Assembly (NCBI GenBank): GCA_951406725.2
Contig: OX597825.1
Location: forward strand, 1,550,001 to 1,614,000
Source: Octopus vulgaris
Taxonomy: Eukaryota
Reading direction: 5' to 3'
Length of the DNA: 64,000 bases
The notes beneath the pieces are model-generated. The model had not been told where the DNA came from and searched no databases. It saw only the letters and a program-made list of their open reading frames with translations. The stretch's first letter is position 1. Every line of letters starts with the position of its first letter. Positions 1 through 12,786 of this stretch are shown piece by piece. The position numbers and the translations under genes were made by a program.

Positions 1-1045
1 ATGAGCAGTGGCACATTTTTAGTGATCTATATATTTATAATGCATAAATACACAAGTTCTGACTATTTTTATTCTATCTGTGTAGATTAATGAGGGAATG
101 AATATACAGTTTCTGTTGTGTCTGGGGAGAGTCATTTTCTTTTTGTGCATTATAATTTAACACACGCACTGGTAAAATTTCCACTTATTCCTTATTTTTA
201 TTTTCCTAAACTTTTCGTTGCATCTTGCAACCTTTTCAATAGTCTTGGCTCTCTTCAATATACACCTACATTGGTATAATTATGTATCCATTATTTTTCT
301 ATTACCTTATTCCATTATTTTATTTCCTTAATGATTATAGTTAGATATTTGCATTGAATTATTAATGTAGTTTATTCAGACACATTGCATCTGTTGGCCA
401 TTTAAACTTTAACCCTATTTAATACTAACAATTATTATAAACTGTCCATTTTTATATGTCCAGCTGTCTTACACAATTGCTTGTAGGTTTTTTTAAAACT
501 CTCAGAATAAGTTTATTTCACTATTTCCCATTCACTGTATTCTGTTTACATTAACAAGCTCACTAGACTTCAATCCAGCATATTAATTCAAATGTTCTCA
601 CTCTGTCTACCTCTCTTGAGGCAACAGCACAGTGCAGCACTGTGGGTTGTAAAGTGAACTACATAATCACACAGCTTTGCATAAATTGGTTAGTATTGTG
701 AGGGGAAAAACAAAAAGAAAAAAGAATAACAAAGGAAATGGGTAAGCAAACAAATAGTTGGAGTTAAAAAATTATTTGACATTATAAAATTTAACATAAA
801 AGGATATTCACTATCCGCTCAGCAATATGCATCAAGCAGAGAGTGACATCAAAGGATGGAAACAAGGGAATGATTGATATAAATTCTTTATCAAGAGCAA
901 AAGCAAACACTTTTATAAAATATACAAAATACAGTTTATATGTCCAAAGGGAATTATAAATAAGAAACACATGCATAACATACATAGGTAGAAACTGGTG
1001 GTTAGAGTGAAAGAGAAGAGGGGGGAGAAAGAAAGAAAGAAAGGA

Positions 1046-1465
<420 letters not shown>

Positions 1466-1819
1466 GTGTGTTTTTTTTTTAATGTGATACAAAGTATATT
1501 GAAATTAAAGTGAGATATGGAGATGAACTCTTGCTTAAGTAATCGGAAAATATATTTATCTCTAAAAAACCTGCATCCTTAATTTAAATTTATTCTGTTT
1601 CGTAGTCAGTTGTGCCAGATAAAATATACTGCTCCAGCCAAGCCTTGGTCACGAATGGCTAATAAAGGAAAATAAGAAATAAAAGGAAAATATAACATTT
1701 TGTTGTGAGAGTTGTGTGGACTATAATGAAAAGCACTGAAGCAAGGACCATCTTAATTTTTTGAGGCACAGTCTATCTAGGACCACATTAACAAGTGTGT
1801 GCTTTACAGTTTGTAAGAC

Positions 1820-2110
1820 ATTAGAGTGTGATTTAGAGATTTCGCTGCTATTTCTAGCAAGTCAAACTACCATATAAAGGTTCTCTATGTTGGCTGATGG
1901 CTGTTTAGTGTCTGATCAGCATCAATTCAACAGACCTCTAATCAAAAGCATTCTGGCCATGACCATCTTGCCTTTTTTAAAATATCTAGTATTACATTGG
2001 CCAATGTGTCCCTTACATTTGCTTTCTAATGATGGTAGGGTGTGATTTGAGGGATATTTCATAACCAAGTTTAGCAAGTTGAGCCGACCATGTAGGAGCT
2101 TTGTCCCTTT
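1820..2110. repeat. Abundant ~200-bp interspersed repeat (family D), two adjacent copies; others at ~5840, 9120, 10690, 13060, 17420, 33060, 37520, 59690
   Basis: Recurrent motifs gtagggtgtgatttgaggga.atttggctgctatttctagca.gttgagc.acca and gacctatgatcaaaggcatt...gaccatc. Confidence 0.7.
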
Positions 2111-2393
2111 GACTGTTGGAAGTATGAGGTGGAGAAAACGTGACCAGGCTGGAGAAGAACAAGCCTGGATTTAGGCATTTACTGTTTTCCACAGAGATTT
2201 TGTAACAAAATGTCATCATACTGCTTAGAAACCAAAATAGTTTTCTTCTTAAAAACCATTCCCTCTGCTGAATGGCAGACACATTTAACACCAAAACATT
2301 AACTCAGACTCATGTCTCTTATCTTATCATTAATTTAGAATAAGTTGATGGTTCATTGATTTCTTTCTACTCTCCAGTATTTATCCCAAGTAA

Positions 2394-2600
2394 GGTGGCA
2401 AGCTGGCAGAATTATAGGCATGCTGGGCAAAATGCTAAGTGGTATCTGGTCTGGTTTTATGTTCTGAGTTTAAATTCAGCTCAGGGTGACTTTGCCATTC
2501 ATCCTTTTGGGGTCAATAAAATAAGTACCAATTAGGGGTCAATGTAATCCAACATACCCGCTGCCCTCAGACTGCTGGCCTTGTGTCAAAATTTGAAATC
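2394..2600 (+). mobile_element. tRNA-derived SINE family B, CpG-decayed copy
   Basis: ggtggcaagctggcagaattataggcatgctgggcaaaatg...gttctgagtt...ctttgccattcatccttttggggtcaataaaataagtacc aligns by eye with the intact copy at 28714. Confidence 0.85.
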
Positions 2601-3584
2601 CAATATTTATCCTGTTTAGTATTGCTATTATTTAACCCCAGGTCAGCCCTAATTGAACAAACCTATGATGAAAAGCAATCAAGCTATGACTGTATAATTT
2701 TTGTTTCTCTAAATAGTGCATCTTGGACTACTTTATCCAACGAATCCAACAAGGAAGTCTTTACCTGACTGTTTGACCAGCCAAAAGAGCAGCTAAGTCT
2801 CTTTCATACCACATCATACAATCTTCAGTGTTGTGTAGGTCTCCGAGAAAGTAGAATATAGAAGTAAAAATATCAAATTTTAATCATCTTCCAATTTTCA
2901 AATCCCATGTGAATGAGAGAGTTCTAGTAGAAACTAAATATGTTTCAATATTAAATTTTAGCCAAGTTCAAATCCCACGAGAGTCAGCTTTGACATTCAC
3001 TTCTGCAAATCCAGGAAAATATAAATTCTCAATTGATTAACTTCAAAAATTTGTCTTGTGTCTTCATAAGAATTTGATATTTACAATAGTCATCAAAAGC
3101 ATACAATGGCAGAACTTAATTGTTGCAGGATTATGGGCCATAGTTCAGTTTGAGTTGTTCCAGATATAGTAGAGGTGCCATGCCTACTTTTCATAGAGTT
3201 ATTAGACAGCAGCAGAACCTGCTACAAAAAAAAAAAAAGAAGTCTCTAAAAGTACAACCTAACCTCTTAAAAGAAAATTGATACATTGGACAATGTAATG
3301 TTTGATATAATTTGCTTGAGAGAAAAAAAAAGATAAATAAAAGATTTTCTGGAAAGCATTTGAATTTTGGGCTGCTCGATCAGGCTAAACAAAGAAAAAA
3401 AAAAAAGGATATTGAGTAACATAAACCTAATTATACTGTTTTGAAAATTGATGGTCTGGTCATGACTAGAACATCTCTAATCATAGGTATGGTCGGCCAA
3501 GGATAACATAGGGCCGGCCATACAGGAACCTAATGACAACAAAGGCAGCTTCAGTTGAAATCAATGCATTGCACTCTTACTCAC

Positions 3585-3629
3585 AAGAAAGCTCAGAGGC
3601 AAAACAACGATTAAAAAGAAAAGAGACAT
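3585..3629 (-). CDS. Candidate first coding exon encoding a signal-peptide-like MSLFFLIVVLPLSFL
   Basis: Minus strand reads ATG (purine at -3) plus 14 mostly hydrophobic codons, followed directly by a consensus donor GTGAGTAAG (phase 0). Pyrimidine-rich acceptor candidates lie upstream (~3708, ~3799). No homology evidence. Confidence 0.35.
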
Positions 3630-3849
3630 TTCCTCTTAAGGTTTTCAGGGGTTTGTGCTGACTAGCAAATGTGAAATCTGAGAGATTTCCAAGATGAAGG
3701 AGAAAAACTAAGAAATAAGTCTTGATTGAGGTCCCAGGATGTTAAAGCCAGAGCTTTCCACCTTTTAAGTATGGCAAGACACTTTGTTTAACAAAAAGCT
3801 GAGACAACAGACTAGAAATAAACGTTTTTAATAGAAATATTAACTCATT

Positions 3850-4161
3850 GGAATGTGGCTTAGTGGTATTCAGCTCATAGTCCTAAGGCTGTGAGTTCGA
3901 TCCCTGTCAGTGCATTGTGTCGTTGGGCATGTCTCTTTATTTCACATTGCTCCAGTGCCCTCATCAGGCAAAAACGAGTTGTACAGGTAATTCAAAGAGC
4001 CAGCTTTGTAACATTGTGTCACACTGAATCTTCCTGAGAACTATGTGAAGAGTACACCTGTCTGTGGAGTACTCAGCCACTTGCATGTTAATTTCACAAG
4101 CAGGTACTTCTGTTGATCAGATCAACTGCAACAATTGTTGTCGTAACTGACAGAATGCCAG
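3850..4161 (+). mobile_element. tRNA-derived SINE carrying the family-C 3' tail (decayed)
   Basis: A-box-like tggcttagtgg and B-box-like gagttcgatccc. The 3' part (ctgagaactatgtgaagagtacacctgtctgtggagtactcagccacttgcatgttaatttcac...) matches the reverse complement of 55141-55330. Confidence 0.8.
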
Positions 4162-4786
4162 GTTTTTTTAGATTTAACAAGTATGCCTCCTCATCAAAAT
4201 ATGTAATAAATGTTGATTTTAATCTGGGAGAAAAATGTGATAATCAGAGATATAATATTGTGAACTTGGACAATTTCCCAAATATGTGAAACACTAAATT
4301 GCTGCAAATCACACAGAACGGAAAACAGTGAGTTAAGGGCTAAAACATCTGATTGAAGGCCTCATAGAATTCTGCACTTTTGCTAAAGGTTTTGAACAAT
4401 GTCTGCCAATTCAAAAGGAAGATGGTTTTTATTTTCGTGATGGATTAAGAAATATCTGATAAAATTTAGAACCAGGTGGTTTAGTTCTCATTAAGTTTTT
4501 AAATCAGGAGATCTGCATGATCATGGGATTTGCATGCCATACAGTGTATAAGGCTTGCAAAATACATAGAAGAGAATGGTTAGTAACAATATCATTCTAG
4601 AAGGCCAATACTGAATCCATAAAATTATGTGTCGAAGAATTCTGAGACCAAATTCTCAGTCTGACAATATTCTAATTAATTGATATCTGCTGGCAATTCA
4701 TTTCACATCACTATCAAGCATTAATTTTTTTGTTTCCTGAAAAGTTTAATTCATTTTTTTTCACACCAAAATATATGTGTACATAT

Positions 4787-5160
4787 ACTCTTTTACTTGT
4801 TTCAGTCATTTGACTGTGGCCATGCTGGAGCACCACCACCTTTAGTCGAGCAAATTGGCCCCAGGACTTATTTGTTGTAAGCCTAGTACTTATTCTATTG
4901 TTTTCTTTTGCTGAACCGCTAAGTTACAGGGACGTATACACACAAGTATTGGTTGTCAAGCAATGTTGGGGGGACAAACATAGACACACACACACATATA
5001 TACAATGGGCTTCTTTCAGTTTCCATCTACCAAATCCACTCACAAGGCTTTGATCAGCCCGAGGCTATAGTAGAAGACACTTGCCCAAGGTGCCACGCAG
5101 TGAGAATGAACCCGGAACCATGTGGTTCATAAGCAAGCTACTTACAACATAGCCACTCCT
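4787..5160 (-). mobile_element. tRNA-derived SINE family A (CpG-decayed)
   Basis: Colinear with 27151-27561. The minus-strand head is aggagtggctatgttgtaagtagcttgc...ggttccgggttcattc, and there is an internal CA/TA microsatellite. Confidence 0.9.
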
Positions 5161-6055
5161 ATATATATATATACACACACACTCATGGGTGTATACATTA
5201 CATGTGCAAGTTTATCCACACATATGCCTACACATGCATAAACTCGTTTATATATTCTCAAATCTCAAGAAATGCCTTCACTCAGACAAAAGGGCCTTGT
5301 CGCACTGCTAGTGACCAGCTTGGATTTTATACAAACAAACGAAAAATAGAACTTAAATAAATTTCAAAGAAAAACACACATGCATGCGTGCATGCAAATT
5401 CATACATACAGATAAGCACATACATACATACATACATACATACATAGCTATCTGCACACATACATACACGTATACATATATATATATATACATATGTAGC
5501 TATTAATTTCACTGGCTGGCATATTGATCTAAATGTTTTAGAATATACAAACAAATTTCATGTTTTCCGTTATACAAAGAATAAATGTATCTGACAGAAA
5601 CAATATTCCGACAATGGATTCTTTTTGGAAAAAGGAAAAGGAAAAAAGAAATAAAGTTGCAATGGTTTTAGTTTTTCTCTTTTCCCTTTGGTCCTTATTT
5701 ACAAAGGGCAAAGTGTGCTGTTACAACTGGATTGAAAGGCTTCTAGAATAGATTATGAGCAAACTGAAATAATATGCAAACTATATTCATATGCACACAC
5801 AGACACACACTCAAAATACATGATTGCTTCACCTTCAAGAAATAGCAGCCAAACGCTCCTCATGTCATACGCTATCATTATAAGGAGAAGACATATTGGT
5901 TAATGTAAACTACAATCTTTGTAAGAGGCAGGGCAGTCATGGCTAGAATGCCTTTAATGATATTTCTGTTTGATGATGGTTAGCTTGGGCTAAACAGCAT
6001 CAACATGTGCCTTTCCAAACCAATGAACCTGCTAGTATGTGGTTAGTTAACCTGG

Positions 6056-6400
6056 TCGTTGCCAGAGCAGCCAACTGGCTTCCGTGTCGGTGGCATGTAA
6101 AAGGGCATCATTTGAGCGTGATCGTTACCAACGTCGCCTTACTGGCACCTGTGCTGTTGGCATGTGTAAAAAGATTCGAGCGAGGTCATTGCCAGTACCG
6201 CCTGACTGGCCCCTGTGCCAGTGGCACGTAAAAAGCACCCATTATACTCTCGGAGTGGTTGGCGTTAGGAAGGGCATCCAGCTGTAGAAACTCTGCCAGA
6301 TCAGACTGGAGCCTGGTGCAGCCTCCTGGCTTCCCAGACCCCAGCCAAATCGTCCAACCCATGCTAGCATGGAAGGTGGACGTTAAACGATGATGATGAT
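6056..6400 (+). mobile_element. Solo 3' UTR of the RTE LINE with (GAT)n tail
   Basis: Matches 19450-19805 (ggagtggttggcgttaggaagggcatccagctgtagaaactctgccaga...catgctagcatggaa...cgttaaacgatgatgat). Confidence 0.9.
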
Positions 6401-6479
6401 TACTAGATCACATATAATGCTTATTTGCTCGTTTTGTTTTGAATAAATCCTGCACTGGTTTGTAGATTCAAGGTTTTGC

Positions 6480-6607
6480 TAATGTAACTTTTAATTTTTA
6501 GAATGACATTGTAGGACAGGTATGAAAGGCTGGATTTAGCTGGTTTGAAAATAAAACAGGTAGAATATTTGGGTCAGACATGACTGGTTTAAATACTAAA
6601 TGGTTGA
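6480..6607. mobile_element. Partial piggyBac-like MITE (right portion)
   Basis: Homologous to 21060-21185 (ttttagaatgacattgtagg...ggtttgaa.ataaaaca..tagaatatttggg...ggtttaaat.ctaaa.ggtt). Confidence 0.5.
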
Positions 6608-6955
6608 CTAATTTGTTGTTTTAATATTGCAGGCTTATTAGTAAGTACAGCTTCAGTATGTTCCAGCACCAGTTTTTAGTTTAGTATAAAATCACTATTA
6701 GGAGAGTCTTTCATTGCTTGTTGATTACTCCTCAGGGAAAATATAACAAGCTACCTTCCCCAATCAATAGCATAGGTCACCTATAATACAAAGCAGTTTT
6801 GAATTAGGTCGGCCCAGTAGAGGATTGACTAATTTACATATTTGCACATTTGGCAGCTCACCATTAATTCAACAGTATCTATTTTATTCTCAGAGATAAG
6901 AAGCACAGCATGTAAACCAAATGCTAACTTTTTTCACAGCATTTCAGTGTTACGC

Positions 6956-6992
<37 letters not shown>

Positions 6993-7023
6993 AACACACG
7001 CACGTATATATATATAGATATAT

Positions 7024-7083
7024 GTATATACATATATCAATAGATACATATATATGTAGTGGCTAGCAATCTATCATGGCATA

Positions 7084-7164
<81 letters not shown>

Positions 7165-7233
7165 CATAAATGTATATACATATATCAGTAGATACATATA
7201 TGTGTAGTGGCTAGCAATCTATCATGGCAAATG

Positions 7234-7240
<7 letters not shown>
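7024..7240. repeat. Local duplication of a ~65-bp unique segment separated by (TA)n/(CA)n
   Basis: gtatatacatatatca.tagatacatatat.tgtagtggctagcaatctatcatggca.atgatatata occurs at ~7024 and ~7172. Confidence 0.9.
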
Positions 7241-7302
<62 letters not shown>

Positions 7303-7427
7303 ATTCGCCATGGCTGGACAAGCAAGAATGAAGCAAATATTAACAATCTAATTATGAATACTTAAGCCGTGAGTAAAAGATAATAGTCAATGCTTATTAT
7401 TTTAATTACTCATGCTTTTATGAGAGA

Positions 7428-7475
7428 TAACCTGAGATGCATTTCTGTCTTATTAGACCTCCTCAGTAAAGTATA
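7428..7475 (-). ncRNA. Decayed Penelope-type minimal hammerhead ribozyme core (probably inactive)
   Basis: Minus strand reads CTGAGGA-GGTC-taataa-GACA-GAAA-TGCA-TC-tcagg. This is the core CUGANGA, stem II, GAAA and a palindromic 4-nt stem-III insert, then UC. Confidence 0.45.
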
Positions 7476-8873
7476 AACTTCTCCACACTTGCCAAAACTT
7501 TGATATGAGAATCCCAATGTAAATGAGAATCCCTGTGTAAAATGTACAATATATTACAAAAGTTAGTGTAGAAAATTAGCATATTTCAGAGAATATTAGA
7601 GTGAGAAATCACTCAGACACTATTCATAAGAAAATCAATAGGTAAGTTAGGTTAGTGTTAGCGTATTTATATTTAATGCAGAGAGTTTTCAGAAGCTAAT
7701 TAGAAATAATTTGATGGTGGAAGAAAAGGCAAAATTAGTCAATAAATAAACACCAACATGACTATTATTTTTCATGCAGATGGATTGTCTGAGTAATTTA
7801 TTCAGTAACTATTATAATGATAGGGATGCTTCTTCTCAGCAATGAAACGAAATTATTGCCTTTCTTTTTACTCTGTTTACGAGTCTCATTTGATGATGTA
7901 AAAATTGTAGAAGTCGTTCTGATTGTCACAGGAGCCACTTTCTCTTAACTGTTCATGACAGCATCATGAAGTTACGAAAATAAAATTCAACATATCTAAT
8001 TTCCCTAACTAATGCACGGCTAGAACAACAAAAACAACACTCTCTATCTATGTCTGTCTGTCTGTCCCTCCCTCTCTTTCCTGAAACTGTAGGATTTTAT
8101 CCTAATACAATTCAATTAAATTCCACTCTTTTCTTAACCATTCAATTCTGTTAAACATATTTTTCTACTTCACTTGCAAATCCAAATGTTTAAATTACAC
8201 TTTCTCTTCATTATCTGATTCGTCTTTTTTTTTTTTACTAGATTTATTACTTTTGTCATTAATAATGTTTAATGCAGCAGCAGTCATCAATATTAAGCCA
8301 GGTATCTATCTCTCCACAGCTATATATATACATATATATATATATATACTTATTATATTATATATTTATCATTCATTTTATACTTTTTGAGATCTAGTTA
8401 TAAGTTATATATTTATTTAAAAAAAAATTATATATATATTTATTTATATATATATATATATTATTTGTTATTTATGTATTGGTTTATGTCTATCACTGTT
8501 TGAGTTGCATAATAGTGGTTTTATCTCTAATTCATATTATATATATATATGGAGAGAGAGAGAGAGAGAGAGAGACATAAGTGCATGCATACACACATAC
8601 ACTTACAATGCCAACTGTGGGATGCAAACAATTTCAGGAACAGCAACATGGATGTATCACTGTAACAATGCCATTTCCTTCAAACAATTATCTTGCTAAG
8701 TTCCTGTAATATGAAGGACAGTCAACAAGAATTACTTAAGAGAGATTGTATAAGACAATCGCAGTTAAGTGCTGTGATTGTCTTATAAGACACCAAACGA
8801 TGAAGCCTACACCATTATCAGTCTTTAAAATTAGGAACTGTGTTAAGTTTCAAATCTTACGAAGATTAAAATA

Positions 8874-9075
8874 CTGTATTGTCTGGCATATAAGTCGAAG
8901 TTTTTAGACCAAAATCTGCTGCCAAAAAAGTTGACTTATACACTAAGATGATTTTGGAGGACCAAAATTTTCATGTGAAATGCAGCTAGATTTGGAAAGA
9001 CAGTGGTGATGTTTGAATGTTTTCATCACATGTTTACACTGTATACTATGTCAACTTGTACACTGGAAAATGCAG
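8874..9075. mobile_element. Tc1/mariner-pogo-like MITE
   Basis: TA flanks at 8872-8873 and 9076-9077. Imperfect TIRs: ctgtattgtctggcatataagtcga versus the reverse complement ctgcattttccagtgtacaagttga. Confidence 0.7.
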
Positions 9076-9408
9076 TATCCATAGTAAAATAAAACCTCTA
9101 TGTAATATCTTCACCAGTTAGAAATAGCAGCTAAATCTTCCTGAAATCATCACCATATTGTCAAAAAAAAAAAAAGAAGAAAAAACATTGCATTATGTGA
9201 GCCTCAAAAATCAAAAACAAACAAAAAAATGACAGGATGATTTTCATGCAGGAATGTTCAATTAGGACCCTGGACCTAAACAACATGGTTTAAATCTCCC
9301 CCCCACCACCACCACCCCAGCATGTTTTCCTCTGTAATGCCCTCCACTCTCTGTCTTTTTTCCCTTTTTGTTAAATTTTGTGCATAGGTGCTGGCATGGT
9401 GATGTGAG

Positions 9409-9722
9409 TCCCACTGAATGGTGCCTCAAGCAAGTGTCTTTTATGATAGCCCTGGACCAACCAATGCCTTGTGAGTGGAATTTGGGAGACAGAAACTGTG
9501 TATAAGCCCACCATATATAAATACATGTATGTGTGGATTGCGTTTGTCTCCCCACCCACTACTCGACAACCAGTGTTAGTCTTTCTATGCCCCCATAATG
9601 TAGTGGCTCAGCAAAAGAGACCAATAAAATAAGTGCCAGACTTTAAGAAATGTACTGGGGCCGATTTGCTTAACAAAACTCTTCAAAGCAGTCCCTCAGC
9701 ATGGCTACAGTCTAATGATTAA
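9409..9722 (+). mobile_element. SINE family A, 5'-truncated and decayed
   Basis: gcaagtgtcttttatgatagccctggaccaaccaatgccttgtgagtggaatttggg...gcaaaagagaccaataaaataagtgccag matches the reverse complement of 27151-27500. Confidence 0.8.
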
Positions 9723-10277
9723 AAAACCCCCAGATAAAATGAATTTTGTCAACCTACAACTATTTAAGAACATTAACTATGTCAATCTCATCCATTTTGG
9801 TGGAGTATAATGGCAAAGCGGCTGACCCCTTCCTCTTTACGGAATCAAATAGAAAAACAAAAAGAAATATTGAGAGGTCCACTGCTAGAATATTGGTAAA
9901 TTGATAAAAGCAGCAAAGAATCTTTTATCTCTCCATTCTGCAACACGAGACTGAAATGTTAACAACAATATTGCCGAGATTAACCAGTTTCTATAAATCA
10001 CAGCTGCCATACTTTCTATAAATCACTGCAAACTTTTAGAAGTAGCTTGCAAACTTAATATCTCCAAATACTACAATTTGATATCCAATGATGTACAATC
10101 AAAATAGCAAAGAATGAAGGCATGTACAGATGAAGGATAAACTAAGAAACGACCATAAGATTTGTTGGCAATAATGATCTAGGTGGAGGTCACACACACA
10201 CATACATATACACACATGCAAACACAGTCTCAAAGAATTTGAGAGTGTCATTAACCAATTTGATCTTGACCAGCGTG

Positions 10278-10308
<31 letters not shown>

Positions 10309-10396
10309 AAGGTTGGAAAATAATGCACAATTAAAGAGTGTAGAAGAAGGTGTCAAGCTTTGATAAATTCACCTTGCTTGCTTTGGTTGTAGTACC

Positions 10397-10637
10397 TATT
10401 TCTTTACTACCCACAAGGGGCTAAACACAGAGAGGACAAACAAGGACAGACAAACGGATTAAGTCGATTACATCGACCCCAGTGTGTAACTGGTACTTAA
10501 TTTATCGACCCTGAAAGGTGAAAGGCAAAGTCGACCTTGGCGGAATTTGAACTCAGAACGTAACGGCAGACGAAATACGGCTACGCATTTCGCCCGACGT
10601 GCTAACGATTTTGCCAGCTTGCCGTCTTATTTGGCGC
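10397..10637 (-). mobile_element. SINE family B, full length, with a 16-bp TSD
   Basis: Reverse complement of the 28714/38230 copies. Exact direct repeat ctttggttgtagtacc at 10381-10396 and 10638-10653. Confidence 0.95.
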
Positions 10638-11730
10638 CTTTGGTTGTAGTACCACCAAAATCTGGAGACCATACAAGCCAGCAAAGTTACCTCAACCTAG
10701 CCATTGAACTTACTAAAGTAGAAATAATAACCAAATATCTCTCTTACTAGACACTACCATCATGGAATAAAAAGGATATTTTGGATAATGGAGTACTAAA
10801 GAGACTATGACAGATAAAAAAGCTGATTGCAGCTGAAATGCTTTTCATAATAGGTTTCCTAAATCATGGATGATCTGCAACATTCTATTATATATAATTA
10901 ATTACTCCTTTTAGCTGTGGCTTATATTTCTTAATAATTTGTTTTTAGTGATTCATTGGTGTGCTGTAATTATATCCGAGCACTTGCATATCAGGAAATT
11001 TTGAAATTAAGTAGGTTCATTCCTGACAAATTGCTACATGTGCACTTAATGGAATTTACCTGTTACTTTCACAGTTGATTCCATGTACTATGGTACATTG
11101 GTGTTATGGTAATCCAGTTTATCTGATGTGATTCTGAAGACAACCACAACATACTACTGCACAGATTAAATTCTGAGAGTTACAAGTAAAACTGTCTTTC
11201 CAAAATCCTTAAACTCTGATTCTTCAGTCAAATATAAACAAGCACCACAACATGGTTTTCTGCATTTCGTAATTAGTCATCTAAGAATTCCTGTCAAAGT
11301 AATTAGATTTATCAATACCTTGGGTTGTTTAGTGCTTCAATAATTTGTTGATTTTTCCAAATTCTTAAAAGTTTTCATGTAGACTATGGTAAATTTTTTT
11401 TTGTATTTCTGTAGCTTAAATGTAAATACATATTACAGGACATTTCTCTTGGTTTTTGCTTTTTATTTTGCTGCACAGTCTGCATGTTTATGCTTTGTTC
11501 TTTCTATTCCATTAGTAATTAAATTAAGTGGAGATGCTCTTTGAACAAGTATACTTTTCGATCTGTTTGGCTCTTGGTCACAGTTTACAGGCTTTGATAC
11601 TAACTTACCGGTTCTTTTTGCTAGACTGTATGGAATATTCATATTTATAAGTTTAAAATGACAGTTGTTGAGTGTATATAAATGTATATCACATACAACA
11701 TGTATACATACACTGAGAAATAACCATATG

Positions 11731-11905
11731 CATCATTATCATCCTCATCATTTAACATCCCTCTTTCATACTGGCATAAGTTAGATGGTTAGACAGGATC
11801 TAGTGAGTTGGAGGACTGAATTCTGCTCCAATATCAAGGTTTCTATGGGTGGGTGTGCATCCTAATACCAACCATTTGCAGAGTTCACTAGGTGCTTATT
11901 AGTGA
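11731..11905 (-). mobile_element. Strongly decayed RTE 3'-UTR end
   Basis: catcattatcatcctcatcatttaacatcc...ggtttctatgggtgggtgtgcatcctaataccaaccat resembles the reverse complement of 19660-19805. Confidence 0.55.
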
Positions 11906-12596
11906 GACGGCTTTGCAGCTTGCATTAGAGATTAAAAGTGTCATTAAGAGCTAAGGGAAAACTGGGGGGGGGGGGGCACAATGAGTTGAAGTGAACGGTG
12001 AGATAGGAACAGATTTATAGTTATGAAAGGGTAGACATATGTATACATATATATGTATAATATAGACATATACATAGAAGTGTGTATACACTCACATGCA
12101 CACATGAATCTCGCTATGTATGTATGTATGTACATACCCAAGCCTTGTGATAAACTTAACCTTGTCATCTAATTTAACAAAATATCACCTGTTACAAGCA
12201 TTTTGACTGGGTCTCCCTTCTAAGTACACTTAAAAAGCATGGTTTCTTCCAATCTTTCCCCACCAGTCACAGAGTCCCCTTCGAAATGTCATTAGCCCTA
12301 CCAATACCTTCTCTGATTGGGTCATAATAAAGTCTAGTCATTATCAAAAGTATTGTTAATGTTTATACTTTTTAATTTTGTTTCTTTAATACATCACTTC
12401 TGTTGTGAATACAAAGAATTGCCAATGATCATCTTAGTAGCATTGTACCATATGTTACACTAACAGACTTAGTGATTCTCAAACTTTTTGAAACATTGGT
12501 GTTTTCTTTGAGTAACAGCAATGCTTTCCCACGAGCATGAGAACTATTGGTCCACTATAAGACAGAAGTTGATTTTACCTTTATAAAATAAACAGA

Positions 12597-12599
<3 letters not shown>

Positions 12600-12648
<49 letters not shown>

Positions 12649-12753
12649 AAGTTTCTTCTCATGGCAGATGGCATTTCCTTTGCATGCATGCTACAAAAAT
12701 CTAAAGAAATTGCAAATATATCAGTGTCAAAATAGTTTCCGTTTTGAATTGTG

Positions 12754-12783
<30 letters not shown>
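12600..12783. repeat. (GA)n tract (12600-12646) and a ~30-nt poly(A) tract (12754-12783)
   Basis: Directly visible. Confidence 0.95.

Positions 12784-12786
<3 letters not shown>

Noticed and set aside
7589-7640. Plus-strand candidate exon ending ATAG|GTAAGT
   Set aside because: The acceptor is weak, there is no compatible downstream exon, and it lies within the putative Penelope remnant.
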